Source: Candidatus Micrarchaeota archaeon (lineage in GTDB: Archaea > Micrarchaeota > Micrarchaeia > Norongarragalinales > SBBD01). From it: 64,000 bases of DNA. This document shows, piece after piece, positions 8,676 through 17,675 of the stretch (positions are counted from its first letter, which is position 1; each line of letters starts with the position of its first letter). The stretch covers positions 913 to 64,912 of the forward strand of contig JAHJQN010000002.1 in assembly GCA_018819225.1 (NCBI GenBank), in the 5' to 3' direction. The position numbers and the translations under genes are program-made. The notes under the pieces are model-generated. The model did not search any database. It had not been told where the DNA came from and saw only the letters and a list, made by a program, of their open reading frames with translations.

Positions 8676-10486
8676 ACGATCTCGTTTCCCAGAAACGCTT
8701 GCACGTGCTTCCATGGTTCGCGCGTCCGTATGGCCTCGAATCCATTCGGGAAACACTTTCGATAATTTTTCCACAGGTACCGCTCATCCAAGAACACGAC
8801 GACGCATTGGTCGGATTCACTGCGAATGCCTCTCCCGCTGGCTTGCAGCGCCTTGTTGACCGCCGGGTACAAGTACCCGTAATCCCATCCTCGTTCAAAC
8901 TGATTTTCGAAGTACGCAATTAACGCTTCCTGCTCCAAATTCATTTCCGCTAACGGAATGCCGACCACGACAATGCATTTGATTTGTTGCCGGTCATAAT
9001 CCACGCCTTCGGCCAGTGAGCCTCCCGCTACCGCGCACAGCACGCCCTGCCCTTTCTCGAACTGAAGCAACAACCTGTTCTGTTGCGCGGATCCCATGCA
9101 CTCCTCTTGCTGCACGAGATTCGCCGTATTCAATCGCTTCGTAATCGCGGCCTGCACTTGAAACGACGGGAAGAACAAGGCGGTTTTTCCTCCGGCGGCA
9201 TCGATGATTTGCTGTATCTTATACGCCATGGCATCGAACGCCTCCTTCGTTCTCCTCGAATATCGCGTGCTCGTCCCATCCACGAACACGTTCAATTGAT
9301 TTTCGGGCGGAAACGAGCTACGGTATTCTTTGAGAAGGGTTCGTTCTCCATCGAATCCCAGCACCGTTCGATGCATTTCCAGGGGCAACAAGGTCCCGCT
9401 CATCGCAATGCAGGAGGACGCTTCATTGACAATGGACGTGAACTTTCGCACGTCTAAACTCTTGACCATTAGCCCTTTCTCGTTGTGCACGAGGCGCGCA
9501 TAGGATTCCTTGTCTCCTTGAAGCCAGATTTCCAGAAAGCGCGCCATGCCTCCGCTGACGCTGCGTTTCGCATCCCCGAATTTGGTCAAATATTCGTCCG
9601 CGTTCTTTTCCAGTTCTTCTTGAAGGGTTAACGGCGCGTCCACGATCGCGAACAACTCCTCTTTTTCAAGAACGGTTTCCTTTTGGTTCCCGAGTTTTTC
9701 TCGTGCGAACGCCTGCAAATCAAAGTCGATGCCTTCCAGTTTTTCCGCGAGGTCATGCGCCCCTGTTTTACGCGCTTCCTCTCTTGCTTTCCGCAGCGAC
9801 GGCAATCCCATGGACGCGCTCATCGCACTGCGTATCCTCTCGAACACGTTGTGGGCTTCATCCACGATGAGGATACTGGTTTCCAGGTTCTTGCGCAACC
9901 GGTGCAGGAACGGTTTTCGAAAATACGGAAGGAACACGTGATTGTAATCGGCGATCACGAGCCGGCTTTCTCGTGCCAGATCCAGCGCGAGTTCGTACGG
10001 ACAACACGCCTGTACCCGACCCTCTTCCTTCAGCTGAAGGTGCGCGAAACTCTGGTCTTTCAATGAGTTGACCGCCTCCTTTCTTCGGTGCGTGTACGTT
10101 TCGTAAAACAAACACGCCTCGTTCTTCCGCAACCGTTCGCACGCCCGGTGAAACTCGTCGCTTCGATACGCCGTTGGCTCTAAACATACGCGTCGCTTGC
10201 CCACGAAATCGATTGCAGTAATGGGTTCCTGGTACTTTCTTCGAATTCCTTTGGCGACTTCCAGAGCAATCGCATGCTGTGAAATCTTAGGCGTCAGAAA
10301 GAACACGGACCGGTCTTCCTGCAGCGCGTAGGTGAGCGCCGCCGATAACGCCGCATCGGTTTTACCATTTCCCGTTGGCACGTGCGCCATCACGTGCTTT
10401 TTTTCATTCAATGCTTTCCAACAATCCGCCGCAAACGGTTTTTGTTCTCGGCGAAACTTGGCATGTCGAAACAATAAATCCGTCAT
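8672..10486 (-). CDS. XPD/Rad3/DinG-family Fe-S DNA helicase
   Basis: PTGNGKT, Cys cluster ending CPY, DEAHN, MSGTL, EGVDY, QASGRGIRS. Confidence 0.9.
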   Translation of the reverse strand: MTDLLFRHAKFRREQKPFAADCWKALNEKKHVMAHVPTGNGKTDAALSAALTYALQEDRSVFFLTPKISQHAIALEVAKGIRRKYQEPITAIDFVGKRRVCLEPTAYRSDEFHRACERLRKNEACLFYETYTHRRKEAVNSLKDQSFAHLQLKEEGRVQACCPYELALDLARESRLVIADYNHVFLPYFRKPFLHRLRKNLETSILIVDEAHNVFERIRSAMSASMGLPSLRKAREEARKTGAHDLAEKLEGIDFDLQAFAREKLGNQKETVLEKEELFAIVDAPLTLQEELEKNADEYLTKFGDAKRSVSGGMARFLEIWLQGDKESYARLVHNEKGLMVKSLDVRKFTSIVNEASSCIAMSGTLLPLEMHRTVLGFDGERTLLKEYRSSFPPENQLNVFVDGTSTRYSRRTKEAFDAMAYKIQQIIDAAGGKTALFFPSFQVQAAITKRLNTANLVQQEECMGSAQQNRLLLQFEKGQGVLCAVAGGSLAEGVDYDRQQIKCIVVVGIPLAEMNLEQEALIAYFENQFERGWDYGYLYPAVNKALQASGRGIRSESDQCVVVFLDERYLWKNYRKCFPNGFEAIRTREPWKHVQAFLGNEIV

Positions 10487-10541
10487 AGCGCTACCATTCG
10501 CGATGCAGGTTTAAAAGCAAGTGGCAGATCGCTTCCGGTGA

Positions 10542-10865
10542 CTAGCGGTTATACCACCAGAACACGATCAGCAGCACTTCCAGTACGACGAACCAAGAGA
10601 AACTAAATATCGTGAGCACGGCGAGCAGCAGCAATAGCGCGGTGCCGCCCAAAAAGAACGTCAAAGGATCCGTTCCCAGAATGGTTTTAGATTGATACGC
10701 CACCGGTCCCTGTCCCGGCGCCGCTCCTCCGGGCGCCAACGGCGTCACGTCCCCTGACTGTGGGTCCACGCGTACTGCGAAACCACAGCTCTTGCAGTAG
10801 ACCACGGAATTCGCGGCATCCACGTCTAAATTGGGGTTCCCGCACTGCGGGCACGATACATCCAT
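10542..10865 (-). CDS. TFIIB-type zinc-ribbon membrane protein
   Basis: CPQCG...CKSCG followed by a Pro/Gly linker and two hydrophobic helices. Confidence 0.7.
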   Translation of the reverse strand: MDVSCPQCGNPNLDVDAANSVVYCKSCGFAVRVDPQSGDVTPLAPGGAAPGQGPVAYQSKTILGTDPLTFFLGGTALLLLLAVLTIFSFSWFVVLEVLLIVFWWYNR

Positions 10866-10907
10866 TCCACTCGCAGCTATTACGTTCCCTCTTTTATAAG
10901 TCTTTTC

Positions 10908-11705
10908 CTACGCGATGCTATTATCCGCGCACTCGTAGTCCGCACGTACTTCTTCAGGAGTCAGAGCCCGGTCATAAATGACGACTTGATCGATGGCCCC
11001 TCCGTGATAACTCCCCATTGGCTTCCCCAAGATTTGAAGATTTCCGCTATCGTATGTTAAGCTTCCCGAAGCCGCCAGCGGCCCGCCATCCACTTCCCCA
11101 TTCACGTACAACGTAATCGCATTATCCTTATCGTACACGCAAGCGACGTGGTACCATTGTCCGGGAACGGCTACACTGCCTCCGTTAAGACTGCTTGGAA
11201 CGACGCCGGTCATGGCACAACGAAACGAGTTGACAAAACTTTGAAGGATGCGGTAACCGTTCGCGCCTTTGTTGATGAATGGCTTCAGTCCTGCGGTTGT
11301 TGATCCCTGCACCCATGCGGAAACCGTTATGGAATTCGGCGTGTAACGGGGATGATCCGAGATGGCGACCCTGTCCCCTGTCGCTACTCCGGCAACGGCT
11401 CCATGAAGTCGCCCGTCCACCCATTGGATATTTCCTTGAAGTGTTCCTGAATTTCCAATCCCGCTATCATCCCTCGCCCACATTCCGGCTCCATCATCCA
11501 ATCTCCAGAAACCAGCCACCTCATGCGGTTTTTTTATGTAGGTGGGAAGGCACACGAGTTGACCGATAACCGCAGAATTATTGGTGAGTTGTGATGATGC
11601 CGTTGGTAAAATGCTCGAGCGCAGAATGATGGTGATTAATACGACGATCAACAGCACGCCTCCAATCAATATAATATACTCGAACGCTCCTTGTCCGCGC
11701 TTCAT
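10908..11705 (-). CDS. Class III signal peptide pilin fused to a LamG/concanavalin-like domain
   Basis: Start MKRGQGAFEYIILIGG; LamG motifs GFWRLDDG, ITVSAWV, WYHVACVYD, LYVNG, IDQVVIYDRALT. Confidence 0.85.
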   Translation of the reverse strand: MKRGQGAFEYIILIGGVLLIVVLITIILRSSILPTASSQLTNNSAVIGQLVCLPTYIKKPHEVAGFWRLDDGAGMWARDDSGIGNSGTLQGNIQWVDGRLHGAVAGVATGDRVAISDHPRYTPNSITVSAWVQGSTTAGLKPFINKGANGYRILQSFVNSFRCAMTGVVPSSLNGGSVAVPGQWYHVACVYDKDNAITLYVNGEVDGGPLAASGSLTYDSGNLQILGKPMGSYHGGAIDQVVIYDRALTPEEVRADYECADNSIA

Positions 11706-11833
11706 GAACTTTAAATTATTCCTTCGTTTAAAAAGTGTATCTTGCATTCCATGCGAGTTCAACCCATTCTTTTTATACCCTCAAACATATCGTTTACTTG
11801 GAATAGCCGTTTCTCATTTGAGGTGAGCGTCTC

Positions 11834-12451
11834 ATGCGCGATAAAGGATCTAAAGAACACGCCGTTAAGGCAATGAAGTATACCGAACTTGAAGGGTTTA
11901 CGGAAAAACAATTGCAGCAGCATCATGGCGTGCTCTATACGGGATACGTGAAAAAACTGAATCAGATCGAGCCCGATCTTGAAAAAGCGGATCGTTCGAA
12001 AGCGAACGCCACGTTCAGCGAAATCGGGGAGCTCAAGCGCCAGCAGGTGTTTGCCACGAACGCCATCAAACTCCACGAAGGCTATTTCGATAACTTGGGC
12101 GGCGACGGAAAACCATCCGGAGCACTGTTGGATCTCATTATACGGGATTTCGGGAGCATCGAAAAATGGGAAGAGGATTTGGTGGCTGCCGGAATCGCCT
12201 CGCGGGGATGGGTGGTTCTCGCGTACGATTGGGACGATCGAAAACTTCACCACTATTCATCCGATTACCATTCGCAAGGGGTTTGGAATTGCACGGCTCT
12301 GTTGGTACTCGATGTCTACGAGCACGCGTACTTCATTGATTTTGCCACGGCTCGGAAAAACTACATTGAAACGTTCTTGAAAAACGTGGACTGGACGTTT
12401 TTGGGCGAACGCGTGAAACAATTGCGCATTCTCGAGCACCGCAACGGCTGA
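11834..12451 (+). CDS. Fe/Mn superoxide dismutase family protein
   Basis: QHH, LHEGYFDNL, DFGS, GWVVL, DVYEHAY. Confidence 0.88.
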   Translation: MRDKGSKEHAVKAMKYTELEGFTEKQLQQHHGVLYTGYVKKLNQIEPDLEKADRSKANATFSEIGELKRQQVFATNAIKLHEGYFDNLGGDGKPSGALLDLIIRDFGSIEKWEEDLVAAGIASRGWVVLAYDWDDRKLHHYSSDYHSQGVWNCTALLVLDVYEHAYFIDFATARKNYIETFLKNVDWTFLGERVKQLRILEHRNG

Positions 12452-12488
12452 ACACAACGCATTTATTTAACGCCCGGTTCCTTTCTTC

Positions 12489-14969
12489 ATGAACGGGCGA
12501 ATCTTCGGTCTCTTCTTCGTTCTATTGCTTGGCGTCGGTGCGGCATTTGATCATTATCCTTGGATTCATACCGCGCTATATCAATTGGATAACAGTTGGA
12601 CGAATTCCGAACAAGATTTTGTTGCGGATCATTATGATGTTGTTGGCGGGTCCCTACATAACGTGATCCAGCGCATCCATTCCCGCAACCCCGTCATCCT
12701 CATGTTCCAATTCATATCCCCCGGATACTTAACCGACTACTATATCGATCGCATGCACGCCTTTCTTCAACAATCCCATGATTACACGACGCAAGAAATC
12801 GAGGAAGCCTATCTTCACTATGAATGTGATTGGACGATATCCGGTCAATATTTTCCGGGATGCAATGTCTTGAATCCCGCCATGGGTACGTGTACCCAAC
12901 AAGCGTCCGCATACTGTCAAAGCAAGGGCTTGCTTTCCAATGCCCTGCAAATCAGCCAATCGCGCATGCCAGACACCTGGCGGTTTCCCAACTTTCAAAC
13001 GAACTGGCGGGTTCCTCATTTCAACAATCGCGTCTTACGTGATTTCAGCGTATGGCGTATTCAGGAAGTGTTATCGTATTACCCGTCGGACTACCCTCCC
13101 GATGGACTCTTCTGGGACAACATCATTTCCAGCCTTGGCACCGTTGACAAAATTGAGTACTCGATTGAATACACGGGCGTTCCCTACGATTTGAATCTTC
13201 AACACCCCCGAGATGTGGACTATCACGCGTTTTACAACCTCATCAAAAACCAGGTTGAGCAAGCACAAGGTCGCACCTATCGTTGGCTTGGCAATGTCAA
13301 CAACATGTTTTATATTCGGGCGACCGGACCGTGGACGGAATGGGCGCTACAGAATTTGGAATACCTCTCCGTAGAAAGTTGGGTGAACCCCATCAACACG
13401 CAACAAGGCGAGTACGCGATGCCGTCGTGGATAGTGGATTGCAGTGACATGAAAGAAATTTGGGATTATACCGTGAATCGAGGCCGCTTCGTTCACGTCG
13501 ATACGTATAATTTTGACGTCAACGGAGAAAATCCGGACATGCGCACCCGCGTGTTTTCCATAGGGAAATATTATCTCGCCAAAAATCCGAAACTATTCTA
13601 TGGGACATCCGAAGCCGCCACATGGGACTCGGATCACAGCGTCCCCGAATATTATTGGAATCCCATGGCAGAAATTAATATTGGTATGCCCAAAACAAAT
13701 CCGTCGGGCGTTGTTGATTTTTTGGGGCAACCAAATACCAACCGATTTTTCGACTGGAACCACCCATCTACGACGCTTTCTTGCTCGTATTATGACGCCT
13801 CGAATGTCGTCATGGCCCGCCATTATGACAACGGGTTAGTGCTTGTGCGATGGAAAGGCAATCGATGCTCGAATCCTGGATCCGAATGCAATTCCTATAT
13901 CGAAGCCCGGCCTTATGCGCTGGCTAATATCCATAATCCGTCCGGCGAATACTATCCAATCCTTTTCGATGGCTCCCTATCGTCTGAACCCATTACGGAA
14001 GTCACGCTGCTCACCAATGAAGCCACACTATTGTTAAACGCGTGCGATGAAGGCAAAGCCCTTCCAGGTGTTACTTGCGGTTGCGGCGGTGAAGTGGTCA
14101 ATGAGAATGACTGGTGCTGTAACGGAGCCAAAACATTTGTTTGTACAGACGATATTCAATGTGCGATCCAAGGGCCTGAATACCTTTGTGATAACCCCGG
14201 TACGTGTGAAGCCGAATGCGTGGATGGCACACCGACCGAGTCTCCGACGCCGACTCCTTGCGCGAATTATGGGGGAAACTGCTTGCCGGAATGTGACGGA
14301 TTAGATGATTGCCGTTTAGAGGAAGACGGGTATTGTGAAACCGGTGCGTGCTGCATTGGCACGTGCACCGAACCCTCCTCTTCTCCAACCGCGTCCGATT
14401 CACCGACTCCTTCGCCTTCCATTGACCCTAGTCTTCCTCCCGACGGAAACGGAGGCAACGGCAATGGCTATTATCCCACCCTGACTCCCACGCCTACTTC
14501 CCCCCCTTCAACGCCCTCCGTCATTTCGTCTCCAACTCCCGAATGGCGGGAAATGGACGCCGACGTGCAAAATCAACTACGGGAAGTGCATGATTCCGGC
14601 GAGGACACGATGGAAGTCGAGCGCATGATGGAAGAGGCCTTGAAACTGAAGGACGCGGGCCGCGAGGAAGAAGCGATTTCGCTGATGGAAAAGGCGCGTG
14701 GCCGCTTGCAGGATGTATTAAAACGCGTGCGTTCCTCGCGAGCCGCGTTCAACTGGCAGTACGCGCTCGCCGGAATCATTCTCATCGTGTTGCTATCCAT
14801 CTACTACGCTTCCTCTCTCCGAAAGAAGCCGCCTCAAGCGCCGCTTTCCATTCCGCCTGACGAACAGGAACTCGCCGAACGAGGATCCCGAATAGCTCCC
14901 GAGATTCCTTCATTGCCTGAAAATCCTTCGGATATAAATACTTCAACCGGTTGGAACGAATCGAGTTAA
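12489..14969 (+). CDS. Membrane-anchored surface protein with a putative glycoside-hydrolase-like domain, Cys-rich region and Pro/Thr linker
   Basis: Signal peptide; DGLFWDN and aromatic-rich catalytic-like domain; Cys-rich repeats; PTPTP linker; helical segment; TM helix followed by RKK. Confidence 0.65.
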   Translation: MNGRIFGLFFVLLLGVGAAFDHYPWIHTALYQLDNSWTNSEQDFVADHYDVVGGSLHNVIQRIHSRNPVILMFQFISPGYLTDYYIDRMHAFLQQSHDYTTQEIEEAYLHYECDWTISGQYFPGCNVLNPAMGTCTQQASAYCQSKGLLSNALQISQSRMPDTWRFPNFQTNWRVPHFNNRVLRDFSVWRIQEVLSYYPSDYPPDGLFWDNIISSLGTVDKIEYSIEYTGVPYDLNLQHPRDVDYHAFYNLIKNQVEQAQGRTYRWLGNVNNMFYIRATGPWTEWALQNLEYLSVESWVNPINTQQGEYAMPSWIVDCSDMKEIWDYTVNRGRFVHVDTYNFDVNGENPDMRTRVFSIGKYYLAKNPKLFYGTSEAATWDSDHSVPEYYWNPMAEINIGMPKTNPSGVVDFLGQPNTNRFFDWNHPSTTLSCSYYDASNVVMARHYDNGLVLVRWKGNRCSNPGSECNSYIEARPYALANIHNPSGEYYPILFDGSLSSEPITEVTLLTNEATLLLNACDEGKALPGVTCGCGGEVVNENDWCCNGAKTFVCTDDIQCAIQGPEYLCDNPGTCEAECVDGTPTESPTPTPCANYGGNCLPECDGLDDCRLEEDGYCETGACCIGTCTEPSSSPTASDSPTPSPSIDPSLPPDGNGGNGNGYYPTLTPTPTSPPSTPSVISSPTPEWREMDADVQNQLREVHDSGEDTMEVERMMEEALKLKDAGREEEAISLMEKARGRLQDVLKRVRSSRAAFNWQYALAGIILIVLLSIYYASSLRKKPPQAPLSIPPDEQELAERGSRIAPEIPSLPENPSDINTSTGWNESS

Positions 14970-14972
14970 GTC

Positions 14973-15704
14973 ATGCGCGTGGATTACCGCGGAATTCCGC
15001 ATAAAAAACATGCCGAAGAACATTCGCGTATCGGTGAGGCGTTGCGTGACATCATTCTCGGCGGGCAAGACGGTCTCGTCAACATTCTCGGTTTAGTTCT
15101 TGGAGTCGCCAGCGCCACGATGGACACGGGCATCGTATTGGTAGCCGGTTTAGCGAGCTTGTTTGCTGAAAGCGTTTCCATGGCCGCTGTTGCGTATACG
15201 TCGGCTCGCGCAGAAATCGACTATTACTTCAAGGAACGCCACCGCGAAATGCGTGAAGTCGAAGAATTGCCTGAAGAAGAACGCGAAGAGATCCGCCGCA
15301 TCTACCGCGCGAAAGGATTGAGCGGAAAACTTTTGGAGGACGTTGTGAACGTCATCACATCCGACCCAACGCGTTGGGTGGACGAGATGATGACCGACGA
15401 ATTGAATCTCGCACCCGTATCCCATCGCAACCCCGTCAAAGAAAGCATGGTCGTTGGATTCGCTTCCGTCGTCGGCTCGTTCATTCCATTGATCGCCTTC
15501 TTTCTCATGCCCGTTTCCGAAGCCATTCCCGTCGCCGTGTTCATTTCCGTATTCGTATTATTCGTCGCCGGTGCGGTCAAAGCGAAGATCACGGTCGGTA
15601 CGTGGTGGAAATCCGGTTTGGAGATGGCTTTCGTCGGATTCGTGGCCGCACTGCTTGGCTATTGGATCGGCGCCATTCTCGGCAGCACGCCCTTGTTCGG
15701 TTAA
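14973..15704 (+). CDS. VIT1/CCC1 family Fe/Mn transporter
   Basis: LRDIILGGQDGLV, SMAAVAY, Glu-rich cytosolic metal-binding insert, MMTDEL. Confidence 0.92.
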   Translation: MRVDYRGIPHKKHAEEHSRIGEALRDIILGGQDGLVNILGLVLGVASATMDTGIVLVAGLASLFAESVSMAAVAYTSARAEIDYYFKERHREMREVEELPEEEREEIRRIYRAKGLSGKLLEDVVNVITSDPTRWVDEMMTDELNLAPVSHRNPVKESMVVGFASVVGSFIPLIAFFLMPVSEAIPVAVFISVFVLFVAGAVKAKITVGTWWKSGLEMAFVGFVAALLGYWIGAILGSTPLFG

Positions 15705-15772
15705 ATCGTTCTTCACGGCCATAAACTCACTCTTTTTATAGATTGTCCGGCCGATACATTGTCTACTATTTG

Positions 15773-15997
15773 ATGTCTATGGCGAAGAAGGTTCCTTTCG
15801 TTGATCCGGAAACGTGTATTGGGTGTAGTGCGTGTTCGGCCGTTTGTCCCGACGTGTTCGAGATGCAAGAGGACGGGAAAAGCAAGGCCGTGAACGAGGC
15901 CAGTGATTCTGAAGAGAACATTCAAAACGCGATTGACACATGTCCCGTGCAAGCCATCCGCTGGAAGCAAAAGAACGAGCCAGCCGAGAAAGGCTAA
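15773..15997 (+). CDS. Ferredoxin (single cluster)
   Basis: CIGCSACSAVCP...CPVQAI. Confidence 0.88.
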   Translation: MSMAKKVPFVDPETCIGCSACSAVCPDVFEMQEDGKSKAVNEASDSEENIQNAIDTCPVQAIRWKQKNEPAEKG

Positions 15998-16005
15998 TGA
16001 CTTTT

Positions 16006-16668
16006 TCACAATCGAATGCAGATCGTGGTGATGAAGTGGTGTTTGCCTTGTTTGATTCCTTTGAGCTTACGCGTGGCCTGGTACGGACGATGGATGTTCA
16101 TCACTAATTTCATGGCGGTGTGCTTGTCCGCTACAAACAAGTCCATGCCTTCCCGACGCGTTTCTATTTTCGTGACTAAACTCTCTTTTTCTATTATGCG
16201 CTGCATTTTCATCGCGGTTTGCTGCACGATATCCGCGGACCCTCTCAACTGCAGAATCGCTTCATGATATCCGGAAGCCATTTTCTTGCATTCCTCGCAT
16301 GGCTTCTTTTCCAGTTGAAGCGGCACGGTCACCCGTTTGTCCAACGATTTTCCATCCACCGATAATTGAACTCGCAATTCGATGGTCCACACGTTTCGCA
16401 CTTTTTTCGCCATAACGAGTTTCGCGTCTTCGATATCGTGGCGGCTCTTCAGCTTGGAGACCGCCAGATCCCGCAACAACTCATTGCTTTCCTCATGCCA
16501 CGCATTCGCGATACGTATGCGTTCACATCGCGGGCACTGAACCAAGCGGATGGTTTTCGTCAGACGGAACAGTTCGTCATCATTAATGGCACATTTCGGG
16601 CAAAAGGCGCCGACGAACTCGCCCGCTTGTTCTTCAAGACCGCACTGGACGCAGGTTTTTGTTCTCAT
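16006..16668 (-). CDS. nmd3: NMD3 family ribosome biogenesis protein
   Basis: Four CxxC pairs and YHEAILQLR. Confidence 0.85.
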   Translation of the reverse strand: MRTKTCVQCGLEEQAGEFVGAFCPKCAINDDELFRLTKTIRLVQCPRCERIRIANAWHEESNELLRDLAVSKLKSRHDIEDAKLVMAKKVRNVWTIELRVQLSVDGKSLDKRVTVPLQLEKKPCEECKKMASGYHEAILQLRGSADIVQQTAMKMQRIIEKESLVTKIETRREGMDLFVADKHTAMKLVMNIHRPYQATRKLKGIKQGKHHFITTICIRL

Positions 16669-16729
16669 GGGATATGCACGGTTGCGTGGTTTTTTATTTG
16701 TTGCCTTCGTTATTCAGGTGGGAGGCTTT

Positions 16730-16942
16730 ATGGAAAACCTGGAAGAACTGTCGGCCGTCAATTCCGAATTGCGCTTTTTAACGCTCGAGCTCATGAAGAT
16801 TGCCGTCGAACAAAACAAGAGCTTCGACCAAGTGCTCTCTGAATACTTCGTGAATGCGCACAAGCTCAAACGCCGTCTGTTGTGGAACGCCGCTCCAAAG
16901 CTCTACCGCATTCGAAAACCCCGCGTTCGACTCAAACCGTAA
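16730..16942 (+). CDS. Small hypothetical protein
   Basis: GGAGG RBS before ATG 16730; MENLEELSAVNSELRFLTLELMKIA. Confidence 0.6.
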   Translation: MENLEELSAVNSELRFLTLELMKIAVEQNKSFDQVLSEYFVNAHKLKRRLLWNAAPKLYRIRKPRVRLKP

Positions 16943-16955
16943 CGCTTAGCTGTTT

Positions 16956-17639
16956 ATGCCTCCCCTCATTCACCATCCCAACTGGATTCGTTCCCGTGTA
17001 CGCGGAACCTATATTGAGCATTGGAAAAACGTGAATCCGCGGGAAGTATTATCGACCTTATCCAACGCCCCCCTCGAGAAACGCGGGAGTGGTATGGTAA
17101 CTATTCATGAACTTGGAACGCGGCGTGTCAGCGTTCGCACCGTCCCGTCCCATGTTACTAAAAACTATCTTCCTCTTTTTGAAACCGTTAATCGAAAAGC
17201 GGCTCTCATCGGTTTGCCACTCGCCGTCGTTCGTACTCGAAAGGAATGGAAAGTCGTCATGCATTGGAAACCGCACCGTCACTCCATGCGTGATTATGTA
17301 AGGGATGCTCCCCTTCCAAACGTGCGGAAAGCACTCTGGTCCGCCGCCACTCAATTAGGAAAGCTTCACGGTGCCGGATTCATCCATGGGCATGCGCAGG
17401 TGATTGGGAATTTAGTGGTGAACGACCGAATGAACACTCAATTAGTGGATCCAAAATTCTTATACGAATCGACGGCGCGCGCCGAACAATACGCGGAATA
17501 CCGCATTTTCATCCAAGACATTCACCATCCATTACAACGAAGAATGAATCCCGGGCAATTTCTTAAGCTGCGCCGCCTGCTTCGCCATCAGTACAATCGG
17601 GCTTTTGAACGCGCCCGAAAACCGGCTTCTTCAGAGTAA
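16956..17639 (+). CDS. Basic protein-kinase-like fold protein (Kdo/RIO/Bud32-like), atypical catalytic loop
   Basis: LGKLHGAGFIHGHAQVIGNLVV...LVDP. Confidence 0.6.
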   Translation: MPPLIHHPNWIRSRVRGTYIEHWKNVNPREVLSTLSNAPLEKRGSGMVTIHELGTRRVSVRTVPSHVTKNYLPLFETVNRKAALIGLPLAVVRTRKEWKVVMHWKPHRHSMRDYVRDAPLPNVRKALWSAATQLGKLHGAGFIHGHAQVIGNLVVNDRMNTQLVDPKFLYESTARAEQYAEYRIFIQDIHHPLQRRMNPGQFLKLRRLLRHQYNRAFERARKPASSE

Positions 17640-17675
17640 GGCCTAAAGCCTTTAAAGCCCCGAATTCCCACTTGT

